Source: Haliotis rufescens
Lineage: Eukaryota
DNA: 64,000 nucleotides
Direction: 5' to 3'
NCBI RefSeq assembly: GCF_023055435.1
Contig: NW_025964372.1
Span: 41,602,001-41,666,000, forward strand
Below the pieces are notes generated by a model. It was not told the origin of the DNA. It worked only from the letters and a program-made list of their open reading frames with translations, and did not search any database. This document shows, in pieces, positions 41,574 through 56,479 of this stretch. Numbering within the stretch: position 1 is the stretch's first letter; every line of letters starts with the position of its first letter. Made by a program: the position numbers and the translations under genes.

Positions 41574-41879
41574 GCTGTCTGTAATTATGCCTCTACTTCA
41601 CACATGTGTATCCCACAGCCAGCTGACACAATCTGATAGTTTCGACTGTACTGATATAGGCTTTATATATCGGAATAGCATAAGGGGATTCACCTTTTTG
41701 TTGACAAGATGTGGTGTGGTACATTTGCAGTCACAGGCATATGCTACAGTCAACTTACAACCGATTTTCGGATCGCAGATCGCGGAGTTCGGATTTAAGG
41801 ATTTCATTCGCCATATCAGGCTGATGGGTATGGGTAAAAAAGGCCGATGATGATGCAGGTGAAGGGACAAGAACTTAGT

Positions 41880-42730
41880 CCTGAAACGTCGTTACAAATA
41901 ATAGAGAAATTGTGATCCATAAGAGTCTCATGTCTGTCTTATAAAGGCTATTCAACAAGTCATATCGATATTTGTCCATTCTTGGCCATCTATCTTGTTC
42001 AGGTGCAGTAAATAATAAACCTGTTAATGTTGCCTTATGTTCAATGAAATCAGATTGTAATGTGACACCTAAGTCGTTGAAGCGTTGGCTCAACACAACG
42101 AAGATCAAGTTAAAATTCCCATCATGGGGACAATGTGTGACGTCTTGTGTCTCTCGCCGTGATTGCTGGAATCTTAGCTGAGTAAAACTGTACGTCTCAC
42201 TCAAAATATTATTTATTGATTTCGGCGTCTTGTGCTGCAAACGATTATTGTACAAAATGTACTTAGGCTGGAGTGGTAAAGGTGATTTCAATTATTAAAA
42301 GTTTTATTTACTTATAATAACTTGTCTTGAACCTCGTTTAATACTTTTAATTTATCTAGAAATATTAACAGCAAGATTCAACCAAAATTCCTTTTATAGT
42401 TACCATTTCACTACTTGATGTATTCAGTTCACTTGTTCATTTGTCTCCTTCATAAGCTCAGGTGTAGATGAACCTGTCGTTCTCATGTTCCTTATCACCA
42501 ATACACGGTATTCAGAATTTGATAAATACAAGAACCATTAAATACATCCCATCACATTTCCTTCGCGGTTACGATTACAAATGCTTCTGTCTTCAGTCTA
42601 TGTTACAGACAATAAATAATAAATACTAAAATAGTCAATAAATAGTATACACATTCTTATGATATCATCCGACATAGTGCCTTGAAGGTGTTTGCACATA
42701 ATATTTGTGGCTCAAAGCAATATTACCAAG
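41880..42730 (-). pseudogene. Old relic DD-family gene
   Basis: NFNLIFVVLSQRFNDLGVTL..FIEH aligns to DLSLVASHIGIGFESVGIEL..VIEQ. After a frameshift, ACA AGA TAG ATG GCC AAG AAT GGA parallels TKWKEKNG. Decayed exon 1 (CTT GGT AAT ATT GCT) near 42715-42730. Confidence 0.45.
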
Positions 42731-43762
42731 GAAAACGATATGTATAAATCGGTGTGTGTAGAAATCTGACACTGGTATATGATACATTAAAAGTGAACCT
42801 TGTTTAAACCGATCGATCATGATAAAAATCCTTGATCCGAAAATCCGAACAAGGCTATAAATACATGTCGCTGTAGGAACTGTTCATACCGGAATGTATA
42901 CATTGTGTCAGGGCTTTTCGGGAAGGCTGGTTGGATATATGATGTCATACTCAAGTTGATCACAGTACATAGGAAATGAGGGGAAATGTGAGCAGTGATG
43001 TGGATTGGGATATTGAGGAAATGATATAATACGTTGTTATCTACATTCATATGTCTCATCATATAAGTGTGCACCAAAATACTTGAACTTGTTTATTTGT
43101 CAATAGAGCATAAGATAATCATGCAGTGATCAATACGTAGTGTAAAATTGACTTACGCCAGAATATATACAAATGATACCCTTACTAAGCTATGAGTACA
43201 TAACAAAGAACTTCCTTTGAACTTATTGTCTAGTGGAACGTTCTACTGTTTGATTGATGTCGATGTGCATGGGAAGCAATTTAGTCACCTCGCATCTACT
43301 CCTGATGCACCTCACGAAGACTGGGGGAGCATGTGAAGATAGAAGCGACAGAATCTTTTTCATACTTATATAAGAAAATCGGGTAAAAAGAAAGAAGGTT
43401 AGAAAGAAGAATATGAAAAATGGTTGTAGTATACATGTATAACATTGTCCCAGTATCTCAAATAAACTCGGCATTATATGGTTAAGATATCGTACCCACC
43501 TCACATAAGTGAAGTGATCATCAGAACAAGTGTCAGATATTAAGTAATTGGAACTGCAGGTTCGGTTTGAACGTACAATGTCTGATTGAAGGTGTCGGGT
43601 TTCCGGTCCAATGATGTGAAATGTTCAATTTACGAAAAAAATATATTTACCTTATCCTGTACCAGGACACTGGTTAGGTTAAATGGCTTCGATCGACTAC
43701 GTCTTTCATATATGTGCTCTCTCTTAAGTCGAGACTGCTTTATCGAAAATGTTAAGTAAAAA

Positions 43763-44259
43763 CTATTTCAATTTATTACTTGCCCGTGAAGAGATCCCAA
43801 TGTGACTTTCAGATACAGGGATATTCAGCCTCTCTTCATTCACAGCATATGGTTCGTTCCCGGGTGTTGTACCTACAAGAATCATCTCACAATAAGCATG
43901 TGTTCACATGTGAGGTGAGGTGAAATTGGGTTTGACGTCGCGTCCAAGATTCCTGCACTTATATAGCGACGTGCATGCACGTGTATGTGTGTGTGTGGGT
44001 GCTTGTACTAGTCCGGACTGACGCCGATTTATAGTGCTAGCTCACTGAGATACCATGCCGCAGTTTAACATGAATACCCCACTCAGACACAGTATACTGA
44101 CTCCGAGCCGACCAGTCCTTGTTTTAGCCCCTTAATGCCGAGCGCCAGACAGGGTAACAACAAGTACAATCTTTTCACGTCTTTTTGTATGACGCGGCCC
44201 GGGATCGAACCCTGGACCTTCCGCTCTCCGGGCGGACGCTCTACCACAAGACCACGGAG

Positions 44260-44311
<52 letters not shown>

Positions 44312-44877
44312 GTATATTTACTGTCAATGTTTAAATTCCCTATCAATATTCTACGTTATTTTAACTTATCTTAAGATTAAATTCACTCAAAAACCAAAGA
44401 GAAAAACATATTGTTAATGTATCACAACGTGTAAAGAAAACGTTTGGGTGGACGCACAGACAATGGGAATAATGTCAAGCTTGCATCTGATAAAGCATAA
44501 CGTGACACACTATCCATATCTTACATTTAGTAAATCGATAAATGCGACTGAACGTACCTCTCGGTTCGAGCTGATGGTTATAATAGCAGGTTATGTGGTC
44601 GTCTGTCTTGGACATTTTCTGGAATCAAAATGAACACAATGAGGCATATTCCTGGTGACGCTTGGATCCCACATATTGTAAACTTTAAACCAGTTTTAAA
44701 CCACGATTGAGAGTTGTAGCGTCACAAGAAGTAGGGTAATGTTACATTCACTAGTATGCATAAATAAACATAAAGTCGCAATTGCACGTGTACATATTCA
44801 TTAATTGTTAAGAAAATACGTGAAGGGAATATTACCTGATATCTGAATCTTGACCAGTATGAAACAATATTACCCAT
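43763..44877 (-). pseudogene. DD-truncated paralogue A4 (myristoylation exon and linker intact, DD deleted)
   Basis: Exons 44877-44836 (MGNIVSYWSRFRYQ), 44618-44558 (KMSKTDDHITCYYNHQLEPR), 43872-43763 (GTTPGNEPYAVNEERLNIPVSESHIGISSRASNKLK*). Confidence 0.75.
43915..44260 (-). mobile_element. tRNA-derived SINE with Meta-like central domain
   Basis: GGTCTTGTGGTAGAGCG..GGTTCGATCCC head followed by GTCATACAAAAAGAC..CCTGTCTGGCGCTCGGCATTAAGGG; related fragments at ~27230-27330 and ~49100-49200. Confidence 0.7.
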
Positions 44878-44992
44878 GCTGCATGTATCTACGACGTCTA
44901 GTGAGAAAATGAAACATACATGTGTATCCCTCAGTCGCCTCGACAATATGACAACTTAACACAACTACATTAAACACATTTGAATTGGGAAA

Positions 44993-45090
44993 GGGGATTC
45001 CCCCTGCTTGCTGTGCGGGAATTGTTGTAGGCCCTGTGAGGCACAGGTGACAATCTTGTTCCAGCTCTCGGACTGCGGATTTTCGGGTTT
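44993..45090 (-). promoter_or_regulatory. kB site GGGGATTCCC and TCCGAAAA-type motif upstream of A4
   Basis: Perfect kB consensus at 44993-45002; CGGATTTTCGG near 45076. Confidence 0.55.
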
Positions 45091-48000
45091 CATAAACCAT
45101 TTCAATCTTGGGGTGTGTGGGGATGAAATAGCAGTGACGGTGTAAATAAGTGTTTCATTCACTGGGCCTGCTTTCTAGTCCAGGTGCATTAAACGACTGG
45201 TTGGTTTGAGTTGAATCATCAGTATGCACATCGTGTGCATTGATACTGGGGCGGTGGGTAGCCCAGCGGTTATAGAGTGTACGTGTAGGTAAAGGGGCAT
45301 CCGGATATGTAATGATATTGGCACTTAATTTCTATCATTAATAATATATCTGTTTTATTAAATGATCTATTTGTTTACTTTGAGCGTGTTGCTTTCATGA
45401 ACTCATGAAAACATTTGCCTGTTGTTCTCAGCACACGTTTCTTATCATCCGAAAAATCCGACAGAACGTGTGCCAGGTATTGACATATTCATTCACTACA
45501 CACTTGACTTCGCCAGGAGAGTTATCGTCCGCCTGTCTATAAATAGCGGCCCATAAATAGGGATAGTCCCTGTCGCACAGCTAATATGATCGAACCAATA
45601 GTGTACACATAGTGTCAAACTCGAGTTTCCAATACACAGAATGTAGGCCTCAAATGATGTAAGAGTCATCAGAGCTTGTGGTGATGTGACCTGGCAGTCT
45701 AGCCAGCCTAGCGCTGTGTAATAGATATATACGAGCCCAGCGTATGGTGTCTTACTGTGTTATCGCCCTTTATGTAAAGGAAGATTAGTAGGGATTACAT
45801 TGTGTGAAGGCTATGGCAAATTTGTCAAAAGTTTGTATTTGAAATCAGGAATAAATTGTTGATACAAGTGTATCAAATAAGATGATGAGGAAACACACCC
45901 TTACGCATTAAGATGCCATTCTAATACAGAATAAATGAGGTGTTTTTTTCAATGCAAACATACTCAACAAGCGATAGTTAATTTGGAGCAGTCAAATCTG
46001 TATTAAAGGCATATAACAGCCTTAGCTATAGAGGAAAGGACATTGTCTGTCTGTCTGTTCCAGTTGTTTGTATCTGCAACCCAACAATTAATTGAGGAGT
46101 TGATGGCTTCCGCATACCTAATAGTCATCATAAGTTGGGAGAGCGTTTTTGTATCTCACATGACTCCGGTGCAGGTAAGGATTTGGCTTACAGCCGTGCC
46201 TTGATGAAACGAATACGTAACACCTGATCACGAACTGCACATGCCCCTTTGACAACCATAATTAGGGGTCAGTCGTCCGAATTTGGTTTGCAGAAACAAA
46301 CGAGTTATTTGTCATTTGTGTTGCTGTAGCATTGATGTTTCGGTAAGCATATCAATTCCATAAAAAACCCAAAACATTTTACTCTACAAAGGCTAGGACC
46401 ATAGCTAACTTCATGACGAAAAAATCCTTTATGTTGCTTAGAGGATTACATAATAGATTCTTTCAAATGTTCCTAACTGGACATATGCACATTTCAGTGT
46501 GTACCGAAGTTCCTGGGGCATTGTGTTAAGTTGAATCGAGTGAGTGTGTGAATTGGATTTAACGCTGCTTTTAACAGTTTTCCAGTTATATCACGGCGTG
46601 ACAGTTTAATATGGGAGGAAAGCCCGAAGTGATGCAGGTCTCAGACGTTTACCACTTCGGTGAAACCCAAGAGCTCGGGTAGGGTGCTGACAAACCTAGA
46701 TACATAGTCTGGGCGAACCTGGATTCGAACCCACAATCATAGGTCTCTGGCGTGCCCGAGGGACGCAACTCTGCACAGCGAATCGCGGCGCCTTAGACGA
46801 CTGGGCCACCCGTACCCCTGTGTTATGTTGAAAGTAGTGGGAGTGATTTGTGTCGATGTAGTTTTGGCGTTTCGGTATGCATCTCGATTCCATAAAAAAC
46901 CCATTGTACGTTACAAATTCTAGGAACATATCTAACTTTAATGTTTAGAAGATTACATAACAGTTTCTTACAAATGTTTATAACTGGACATATGCAGATT
47001 TCAGTGTGTTCCGAACTTTCTTAACGCAAAGTATTTTGTTGAAATTAGTGGGAGTGAGTACAAATTGACGTACACAATGAATGTTTGCAGCTACATGTCG
47101 CTGTGAAAAATATGTACTTGCAGGAACACGTGGGTGTCTTTCTATCATAGTCGGTATTGTCACTTTGAATTGTTTCTGCACCATTTCCAGTGTCAGAGTT
47201 GTGAAGTCTCACTCCCAATACGAAGCCATGTAACCTGTTGTACATGCAATATAGACTTTAAAGTATGTTTCTCATATTCGGGAATATGATGATTGTTTTA
47301 TTTCAAAGCAATTTATCCAATTAATTTCCATGATGTCTTGGCAAACATGAAAATGCTAAGATCAAATAGAATTCTTTGAGCTGTGTCCCTTGAACAAATA
47401 CAGACTATATACTCATGGGCAAAACCAACCAGTATTACATTCGTCCATGATATCTGACATATTCTTATGTGACATATTATGTGATAGATCACTGAACGAA
47501 TCCCCGTGAGATATCGTTTTTATTACAAACATTGTATCTGAAAACGTATCTAAGGAGCGAAAGATGTTGGAAGCACTATTGTTCTAACATTAATGGTGTA
47601 ATTTATCATCAGATAACTCTTGTTAGTGCTGCAGTTAAATGGCCTGTTATATAAGTTGACCCATTGTATAACCCCTTTGTGACTGTAGACCTGCAATTAT
47701 GTTTTTCAATAGAAGTGTTTTTTTATTCATTTATATTTTGTGCTGATTTACTGATATATACAAATGATATATTAACAAATATAGATTGAACCGTTTTCTA
47801 AGTTAACCTTCGCGTTTTAATTCGGAAATCCCCTCGTAACACTGTGCCATACAACATAAACATACAGAGGCGATTAATTTTAAATTCTAAAATGTCACTA
47901 GTTTCGTTCATGTGACAAATATATGAAAATCCTTATGAAATTATGCAGACATACATATACAGTGTAACCCCAAAGTCTTTAACTCGGATGTGCCGATTCC

Positions 48001-48729
48001 ACGAGTCCAGGAGAAATCAGAGTCCAAAATCTAACCATATTTATAGTATTGTTACCTGAAAGCTCGACATCGGTGTTTTGAGTTCAATTTACAGTCCCCA
48101 AAGTTAAAAGGTAAAACTTATCAAGATCCAGGTCGAATTCAAATAGTTCGGATAAGTCGAACTATTTCTTTGGTCCCCAGGGGTTTCGAGGCAATTGGGT
48201 CCGATTGTTCCTTTATGAGTATATATCTGAATATGTATACAGGTAGAAAAAGGTGCTTATCCAAACGCAGTGAAGTCACACAGACAGCCATACCAGTGCA
48301 ACGTGTATCACAATCAGAACCAATCACAAACTATATTCATGCACTATCCTGATCTAAATATACACTTTCCCTGTGAAAAAGACAAATAAGTGTCTTTGTT
48401 AATTATAATCAAAAAAAATAAATGCGTAAAACCAAATCAAAACAAACTAACAATTGAATGAAGTTATCCAGGTTACATGGCATAAATAAGCATCATGTTT
48501 TGCAAGCACAATACATGTGTGATGATGAAGCCTGCTAGAATTGTCATCATACACCATTGCATTTGTAAATACCTTGCTCTGAAATAAAGTGGGCTAGACC
48601 GCCTCCATTGTCTTATGGATAGAGTATCAAACAGATTTATTTCGTATGTGTGGCCATGAGGCCAATAGCACAATGACATTTTGTTGTAAAACAATTCGTC
48701 TTGAAGCTCCACTTGTATATTGATTTGAT

Positions 48730-49075
48730 TGTAGCTAAATATGGTGTACACAGTTTTTTTTATATTCAATGTATTATCCTTCTTTCAAATATCTTATAAA
48801 CACAAACTGCAAGTCTGGGAAGAATATGGCTATTTTTGCTGTTCATTAACTGTACAGATTTTCTTTGTGATGGATACGTGTAATAATAGTCAGGCAGGTA
48901 TTTGATTCTTATATCCTCAAATACTGGACATATCAATAAAACATCGGATTCATTTTCTTGGTTATATTTGCAGAAAGGACACATCGATGTTAAAGCCTCA
49001 TTATCTTTGGAGTGTCTCTATAATTGTATATTGAGGGTATGTATACCACGCCTGAACTTCCTTAAGCATCTGCGT
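48730..49075 (-). mobile_element. LINE ORF2 3' fragment (copy B)
   Basis: CPFCKYNQENESDVLLICPVFEDIRIKYL. Confidence 0.75.
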
Positions 49076-51168
49076 AAAGGTAGAGAGTATCTGCCCAGTA
49101 ACGTTAAAATATGGTGGTCTTGTTACCCCGCCTGGCGCTCAGCATTAAGGGAATAAGACTGGTCAATTTGAGGTCAGTATACTGTGTCGGAGTGGGGTAG
49201 TCATGTTAAAACTTCGGCATGGTGTATCAGTGGCTTGTTTTTCTGTAAAAACGACATGAGCAGACACACATACATATACACACACGCGTGCATGCACGTC
49301 ACCTCATACAAGAGCAGTATTCTTGAACGCAACGTTAAACCTCAAGATTTTCGGGGTACGAGTGGCCCAGTCGTCTAGGGCGCCGCCTTTTGCTGTTTAG
49401 AGTTGCGTCCCTTGGGCACACCAGAAACCTGTGATTGTGGGTTCGAATCCTGGTGCGCCCCGATTATGTTTCTAGGTTTGTCAGCACCATACCCGTGCTC
49501 GTGGGTTTCACCGAAGTGGTAAACGTCTGAGACTTGCATCACTTCGGGCTTTCCTGTCACATTAAGCTGACACGCCGTGATATAACTGTAATACTGTTAA
49601 AAGCAGCGTTGAACCCAACTCACTCACTCACACACTCTGGAGATTTAATTAGAAAGGAAATTAGATTCAGCCCCACTCACACCCGACATTGACGAAACAT
49701 GGGGATTGTCCCTTGCCGATCTCAAATTATCAAGATTTCATTTCAATTACATGTTATCGCAAGCTGTACTACCAACGCCGTTACAAACATTATCCTGTCA
49801 ACAAAGTCAATTGTAGACAATGTCAGGGATAGATAGGGTTGAATAATGCATACCACGTTTACAGTAGCTGGTCAAAGGGAGGCAACTCTGTTTTCAGATA
49901 TTATGTTAGCATTTGAAAAGTACGGAAGTTATCCTGACGAGACCTGGATACTGTTGGTAAAATGCTTACAGGCGTATTGTCAATAGAAGCATCACCTGTA
50001 GCTGTTCGTACTGGGCTAAAATGACTTTGTTTTCTGAATGTGGCAAATTAACGTAATAATGACGAAAGGTATAATGAAATGAAGTGCACTGATTTTTAAA
50101 CGGCTTTAAATGTTGTGTTTTGTGTTGAACTCATTTTCCAAAATGGAAATAGTATTTTCCTGTTTTAAATCATACCATGAAGCAAATTTGTTCTTCATTT
50201 CATGTACATAAAACTTTGATCTCTTGATCACCACAACCATTGTACCTGTAACCTATTGTTCAGGTTGTGAGAAAGGGAGAGAAAGCGTTTACGCTTACTT
50301 ATTCTATTTCTAGTGATATAAACAGAGGGACGGTTTGAATATTTGAAACGATGTACAATATGAAGGTTGTTTAGCACTGGGATCGAATTACGAATTACGA
50401 ATATGTTCTGATTACTGACTTAAATAATCAGTTTTGTATTCAATTCAATTTAGACAGTTTGTGAATTTCTGAGTAATTTATCATTATCACTGTGAGGTGG
50501 AGGTATTTGAATTCGTCAGAGATGTTTGTATGGATAAGAGCGACAAAACCCTTTGCATAATCACAAGAAATCTCTGTTGTAAGCCGACTCCATTTTACGA
50601 TTCTGACTTTATTAAAAGCATCACTATGAACTTTCATTATTTCCGGGAAATATTTCCCATGTAAGCCCCAATCCGTAGCATTCTAAACTTAATAAATATA
50701 CAACGCCAGAGAATAACCAGTCTTGATTATCTACCGAAACACATTCCATTGGGCGTAAAAGGCAAAATAGGGGGGAAAACTATAGGAATGGATAACTGAT
50801 AATCACTGATGACACCATGTCTTGTGAAAGTGCACGCATGTCCTGCCCAACAGGTAGCAGCCGCCATTGGTACAATCTGACTCCACGTGTAGGAGCCGCC
50901 ATTGGTACAATCTGACTCCAGGTGTTCTTGAGGTAAACTTGCAAATGCAGAAAACACAAAGAAACACTGATTTGATAAATGTTTTTATTTCCCAAACATG
51001 ATGACTGATGATATGCTCCCTGTTTACTGATTGCTGTATAGTAGACCTGAGATTACAATATTTCGGAACAAGGTACAAAGGTATGTTCGAAATGATAAAA
51101 ACAGTTTGTTTTCATATTTATGTAATATTTCTTCTACCAAGGTGCAATTACACTGACAAAGAGGACCG

Positions 51169-52278
51169 TCACTGCAGGATGTTGAGAATGTCCTCCCATT
51201 CGATCGTGCATCTCTCTTTACATGTCCATAGTGCTTTGACCAGGTCCAGATAGGTGGCCGAACTGCCATTCCACTGCTTCCATTTAGTGAGTATAATCAA
51301 GATCTGCATATACATTGAACATGGGTGTGCAACTCTGCCCTGTTGGATAGCCACAACGCTGAGCCCAAGTTCAATCCCGATATACTCAAATCCCATCCCG
51401 ATATGTCTCGCAACAAGTCCGAGATCTCGTGGAGTTACAGGAGTCTTCAGTCTCTCGTTCACACAGCGTTTTGAACCTACACGGAAATCTGTATTACTTG
51501 ATGTAACACTAATTCTACCACAAAGGCTCACATAAACAGGTTTCTTTCTGTTTTGTGTGATTGACATGTGGTATCGAATGAACCTTTATTCATCTCCAAT
51601 GCTCATCGATATTCCAAATAAGTAATACAAATTGACAGAAAAAGAAGTTGCACAAATCTTCCCATATACATATATGTCATCATAATAACGATCAAAATAT
51701 GTTGAAAGTTATGCTGAACACATATGGCATATATTGCCAAATTTCTGAAATGAAATCATCAAATCATGATAAAGAATGTCGCGCAAAATTATCAATTTAA
51801 TGGGCAGTTATAATTAACGCACCTCTGCTTATGATCTGTTCGATCAGCTCGTTGCTTGACTGGTGCATTCTCTAGAACGAAAAACACACACAATCAATTG
51901 TGTGTCAAGATGACATGCTGTAGTATTTCCTGAAAGGCGTTGAACTCAAATACAGTATTATTCTTCAGGTGGGATCAAACTTCCCCTCTATAACACTTAA
52001 TATGGGATGATAAACTTCCACACAATAATACTGAATATGGAATGATAAACAGAGACAATGTCTGCCGGAACAGGAGTGAGTATATAAAGACTTTGAACCG
52101 TATGTTCGTTACCTTATATCCACTATTAAGCATATATACAGAATGCCACACGTGTAGTGTTAAATGATGTGTACATATATTACTACCATTATTGCACCTT
52201 AATGAACATATCTAAAAGGGCGTTATTAAGACGTACCTGCCACTGAAGTCCGGAGAAGCACGAGGCAATGTTCCCCAT
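51169..52278 (-). CDS. Myristoylated death-domain-only protein B1
   Basis: Exons 52278-52237 (MGNIASCFSGLQWQ), 51871-51823 (RMHQSSNELIEQIISR), 51476-51169 (DD). Confidence 0.85.
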
Positions 52279-53429
52279 GCTGCCTATTCATGTATGACAC
52301 TGACGTACACCACTCTGTGTGTTCCAACTGGTATGACTAAATCAAAACCTCTAAGCTATATGTGAGCACAGCGGGACGCCCCGGCACGAGAGGGGACACA
52401 ACGTCTCACGCTCTCTCGCAATAGCTTCAACCAAAGATTAAGGAATTTCGGATTTTCGGATTTCAAAACTGATATAAAGGCGGAGTTTGGCAAAATGGTG
52501 TGTATGTGAAAGAGATTATAATAGACCTATGTGGGGGTTATACCTCTTATCGTGCATTTTAAGTTTGTTGTCACACACTATGACCAACAATAATAAAGAA
52601 ATAATATCACAGCAGTGTCGATAATTGACGTGTGGTCACAAAAGCAACATGCGGGTAAGTATGCCTCTTACACATGTAGATAAGAGAGCAGTGACAACTT
52701 CACTGAGATGCCTTTCTCCACTACGTCCAGCTGTTCAGTCAATAACCAAGCCAGCCCTTTCAAGGTTTCATGACTTATATGTTAGTCTTGCAACGAAGAC
52801 AATAGACATGGGAATATTGTCACAAAAATAGTCTTTTAAAAAGGATAATAGGTCTCAATCTAAATAAGTATCTAGAAATCATGACAATATCTGTGATAAT
52901 GCAAGACAAAACTAAATACATGTTGTGTACAAAAGCTGTGGTACATTGTGGGTACTGGGTGACCTGGTCAACGTGTAGGATATATGTGGGCGTTGTTTTG
53001 GCATTGATATGGAATACCGGCTAGCATAAATATGTAGCATGTTTAAGGAACATATTGCTGTCTACAGCTATTTTCTATATATATTAGGCTTTGTAAACTG
53101 CAATCAGCAGCCTAAAAACTGAAAGAACAAGACCATAGAATGGATCAGAACTTGATGTTAGACCTGTCAGCAATACGAAAATGTCCATGATTGGAATATA
53201 ATCAAGATTGGATCTTCTTCAGCTGAAGTCAAGTCGTCCACACGGACAGACTATCATACCTCCTCCAAATGTCCACTGCAAGTTCCACGTATCATGAATT
53301 TTGTTGACAATAATTTCACATACATTCTAATCGTTGACTTTCTTTGTTCCTACGCCTTGTAAAACATCTTTCAAACGCAGGTAATGGGATGATCAACAAC
53401 ATTTCTATTAACAGTTCGTTCGTTACATC

Positions 53430-54928
53430 AATTTTCAGTTTCCGGAATTTCAGATGGCTAATGACAGAAGAACCCATTTAGTTATCACTTGCCCATTCTT
53501 CCCCGTGAGGGGCGGTAGGGTAGTCCAGTGGTTACACTGTTCGCTCGTCACGCCTAAGACCCGGGTTCGAATCCTCAGATGGGTTCAATGTGTGAAGCCC
53601 ATTTCTGGTGCCCACCGCCGTGATATTGCTAAAATATTGCTAAAAGCTGCGTAAACATTACACCATCACTCATTCTCTCTTCCCCATGTACATATGAGGC
53701 AGAGTGACGAGTTGTTTCGAAGGACGGATGGATAATTAGCAGTTGCTCAACTTTAATGTCTCTCTGGGATGATAATTGTAATAATGTGGTCTCCAGCCAG
53801 AGCTGCACTACAGCGTTTCTATTGCTGTTGATATGTAGAATATCTGTGAAACAACTGAACATGTATGTTAAGCTAGGGCAGATAAAATGTGTAGCTCTGA
53901 AGCCCAGATGACAGTAAATCATGCATGCTGACGGTATCTTATATAATTAGTGTGAAACGTAGCATGCAGAAAATGTAATCTTCGATTCGCTGATGTTATT
54001 ATTCAGTCGCTCAGTCAGCTATACAGAATTATAATTCTACTACATTTGTTACATGTAGGTTACAGTCAACGTCGCATATCATATCACACACGAGGTGAAG
54101 AAACGATTTATATATCCTGTTACTATATATGACATTTGTTCCTTTCTCAATACCAGCATATCATCAGTTGGTGTGTGGCATTGTACAGGAATGACATTTC
54201 GAAACACACGTACTTGACCTCATGGAATACAATTCTTCAATTACGTCATCTTTAAATAAAACCCTTTCTGTAATTGGAATAGATCTCGACTAAACGCACC
54301 TCATAAGCATGTGTTCAATGTGTTCAACTTCAATGAAAGAAAAAGAAAACGCTGAACACAAATGAAATCATTGTACCGCTCTGTGCCGGTCACTGGTGGT
54401 TAATATGAAAGGATGTGTTATCTTTCGTGCCAATTCTCGGGAAAAAACAAAAGACTCAAACACATTACTTGGTGTGTGGAACTCAAAGGTTGTAGACTTG
54501 TAAACATTTTTGATAGCCGTTAATATATAACAGTAATCGCATCTTTACCAGTCTTTCATATGTACAAACACCAACAATATTGAGAAAGTCCTGCATTCAC
54601 ATATACATGTGCACACATTCGAACACATTCATGCACTGGAAACATATGCTGCAACCCCTGACTTCCCTCTCTGATCTCAGCACATCCTTACCTTATGCCT
54701 GTATTATCAGCATACTACACGTAGGTCACCAAACATTGTATTTCAGACACTACTGTCTTTATATATGATAGTTCCTTGTTTGTCCAACGACACTTAACAT
54801 GCATGATACGAAGTATGACCCTTATATGTGTCACACAGTGATGGCCGTCTCTCTAACATGCACTGCAGTTGATAAAGAAGGCCTACCCGATATCTAAATC
54901 CTGACAAGCATCACCTAATATTCCCCAT
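53430..54928 (-). pseudogene. Relic DD-family gene (copy B), with stop in exon 1
   Basis: 54928-54887 reads ATG GGG AAT ATT AGG TGA (MGNIR*); same SINE-C insertion in the DD relic. Confidence 0.6.
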
Positions 54929-56479
54929 GATCATTATCCCATCTTCGAATCCGCAGCGTGTGATATTGTGACACAGTTACCACAACGTAGCCAGCCAAGT
55001 TTATACATGCATGACTGATGGTAGGGGACTCCCTTGTACAATTTACCGGCACATTGTAAATCTCAGACGTATGTAACCAACAAATTACTGTCATTTCTCC
55101 AAATAACGGACTTCGGATTTCCGGATTTTCGGCTATGAATCGCCATGTTATTCAGTTACATAGTTGTCACAACAGGGGGGATATATTTTCATTCATACTC
55201 AGTGGTTATAGGCTGCTTATCAAATCTTCTCAATGTCAACACCTCGTGGAGTAAGCTGTCTACTTCAGATGCCGTAAAAGCTTGTTTGATAGCCGTGTGA
55301 TGAATGGAGATCAGGTTGTAGAAAAAGGAGGAACGTTTTTACCATAAGTGACTACAGTATTGAGACGAGAGACGTCATATAATACCGATAAAAGTCTTAT
55401 ATGATTTATTTCTTTTGTATATAGGTGTGATGAGGATTTATTTTACTCGAAAAGTCTTAAATCGTGTGGGATAACAGACGAAATGTTGATGTTGAGCAGT
55501 ATAATCAATCAATATAAGTTATGGTGTATCAATTAATTGTCTCCTATCATGGGAAACCGGTAAAGTGGACGGCACACTGACACGTATGCAGGCTTCCTGC
55601 ACTTTCCTCACTTGCTCCAGTAATAATGATGATATTAGTGTTAGATTGTCAGATGTGCTCCTGTGGTTTCCGGAGTGAATGAGCGTTTCAATTTCATTCG
55701 AAAATATGACCCAATTTTGTTAAGCAACTGGCATACTCTCACTGCAGATACTAATCTATCGAACTAGGGACTATTCTGGTTTGTCTGAAATAAGGAGTGG
55801 CTGTGGGCACTACGCAATAAAATTTAACGAAACGAAACACACTTCGGGCAGCTATATGGCAGATAGTTTATGCAAGATGTGTACAAGACAATCCGACAAT
55901 CCGACATGGCATATGACGTTTCGTTTATTTGTCATGTTATACTACTCATCAGGCATTTAGTACAGGCTGGGCCCTGAGGTATATATGAAAACTAAGTGGT
56001 ATCAAATTTAATGGAGATGAAGGGAACTCCCTTACAAACATAATGAAGGTTTATCTGAAAGCATACGACGCCGTTGGGTTCGGATGACACACACACAGCT
56101 GAGTGACCAACTCTGACCACCTGATTCGCTCCAGTCAGCTCTTGCAGCAATCATAGGATACTGGTGCCTTATTCATCACCGGAATATACACAGGGCAGAT
56201 GCAATGTAGTATAATCACATGATCATCATCAGTAGCATAAGCTGGGACGCTTGGAACTACCATCAGACTGTCAGTAACACCATGTAGACTAACATAGACA
56301 CAACATCCATATGTTCAATGTATAAATGAACAAGAAAAAACTATAGTTTAAAAAGCAACACTTATTCGTGAAACATAAGGAAATATCAAACATGTACGTT
56401 ATTCTTAACATGATCCATTTACTAGAGCAGTGAGCCAACAGTGTTGTTGTTAGGTCAGGTGTGCACTACGAATGACACA

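Larger units (their letters stand above)
25971..43703. repeat. Segmental duplication, copy A
   Basis: Collinear with 46262-63497 from TTAGGxGTCAGTCGTCCGAATTTGG to GATCGACTACGTC, with the same genes, SINEs and LINE piece. Confidence 0.9.
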
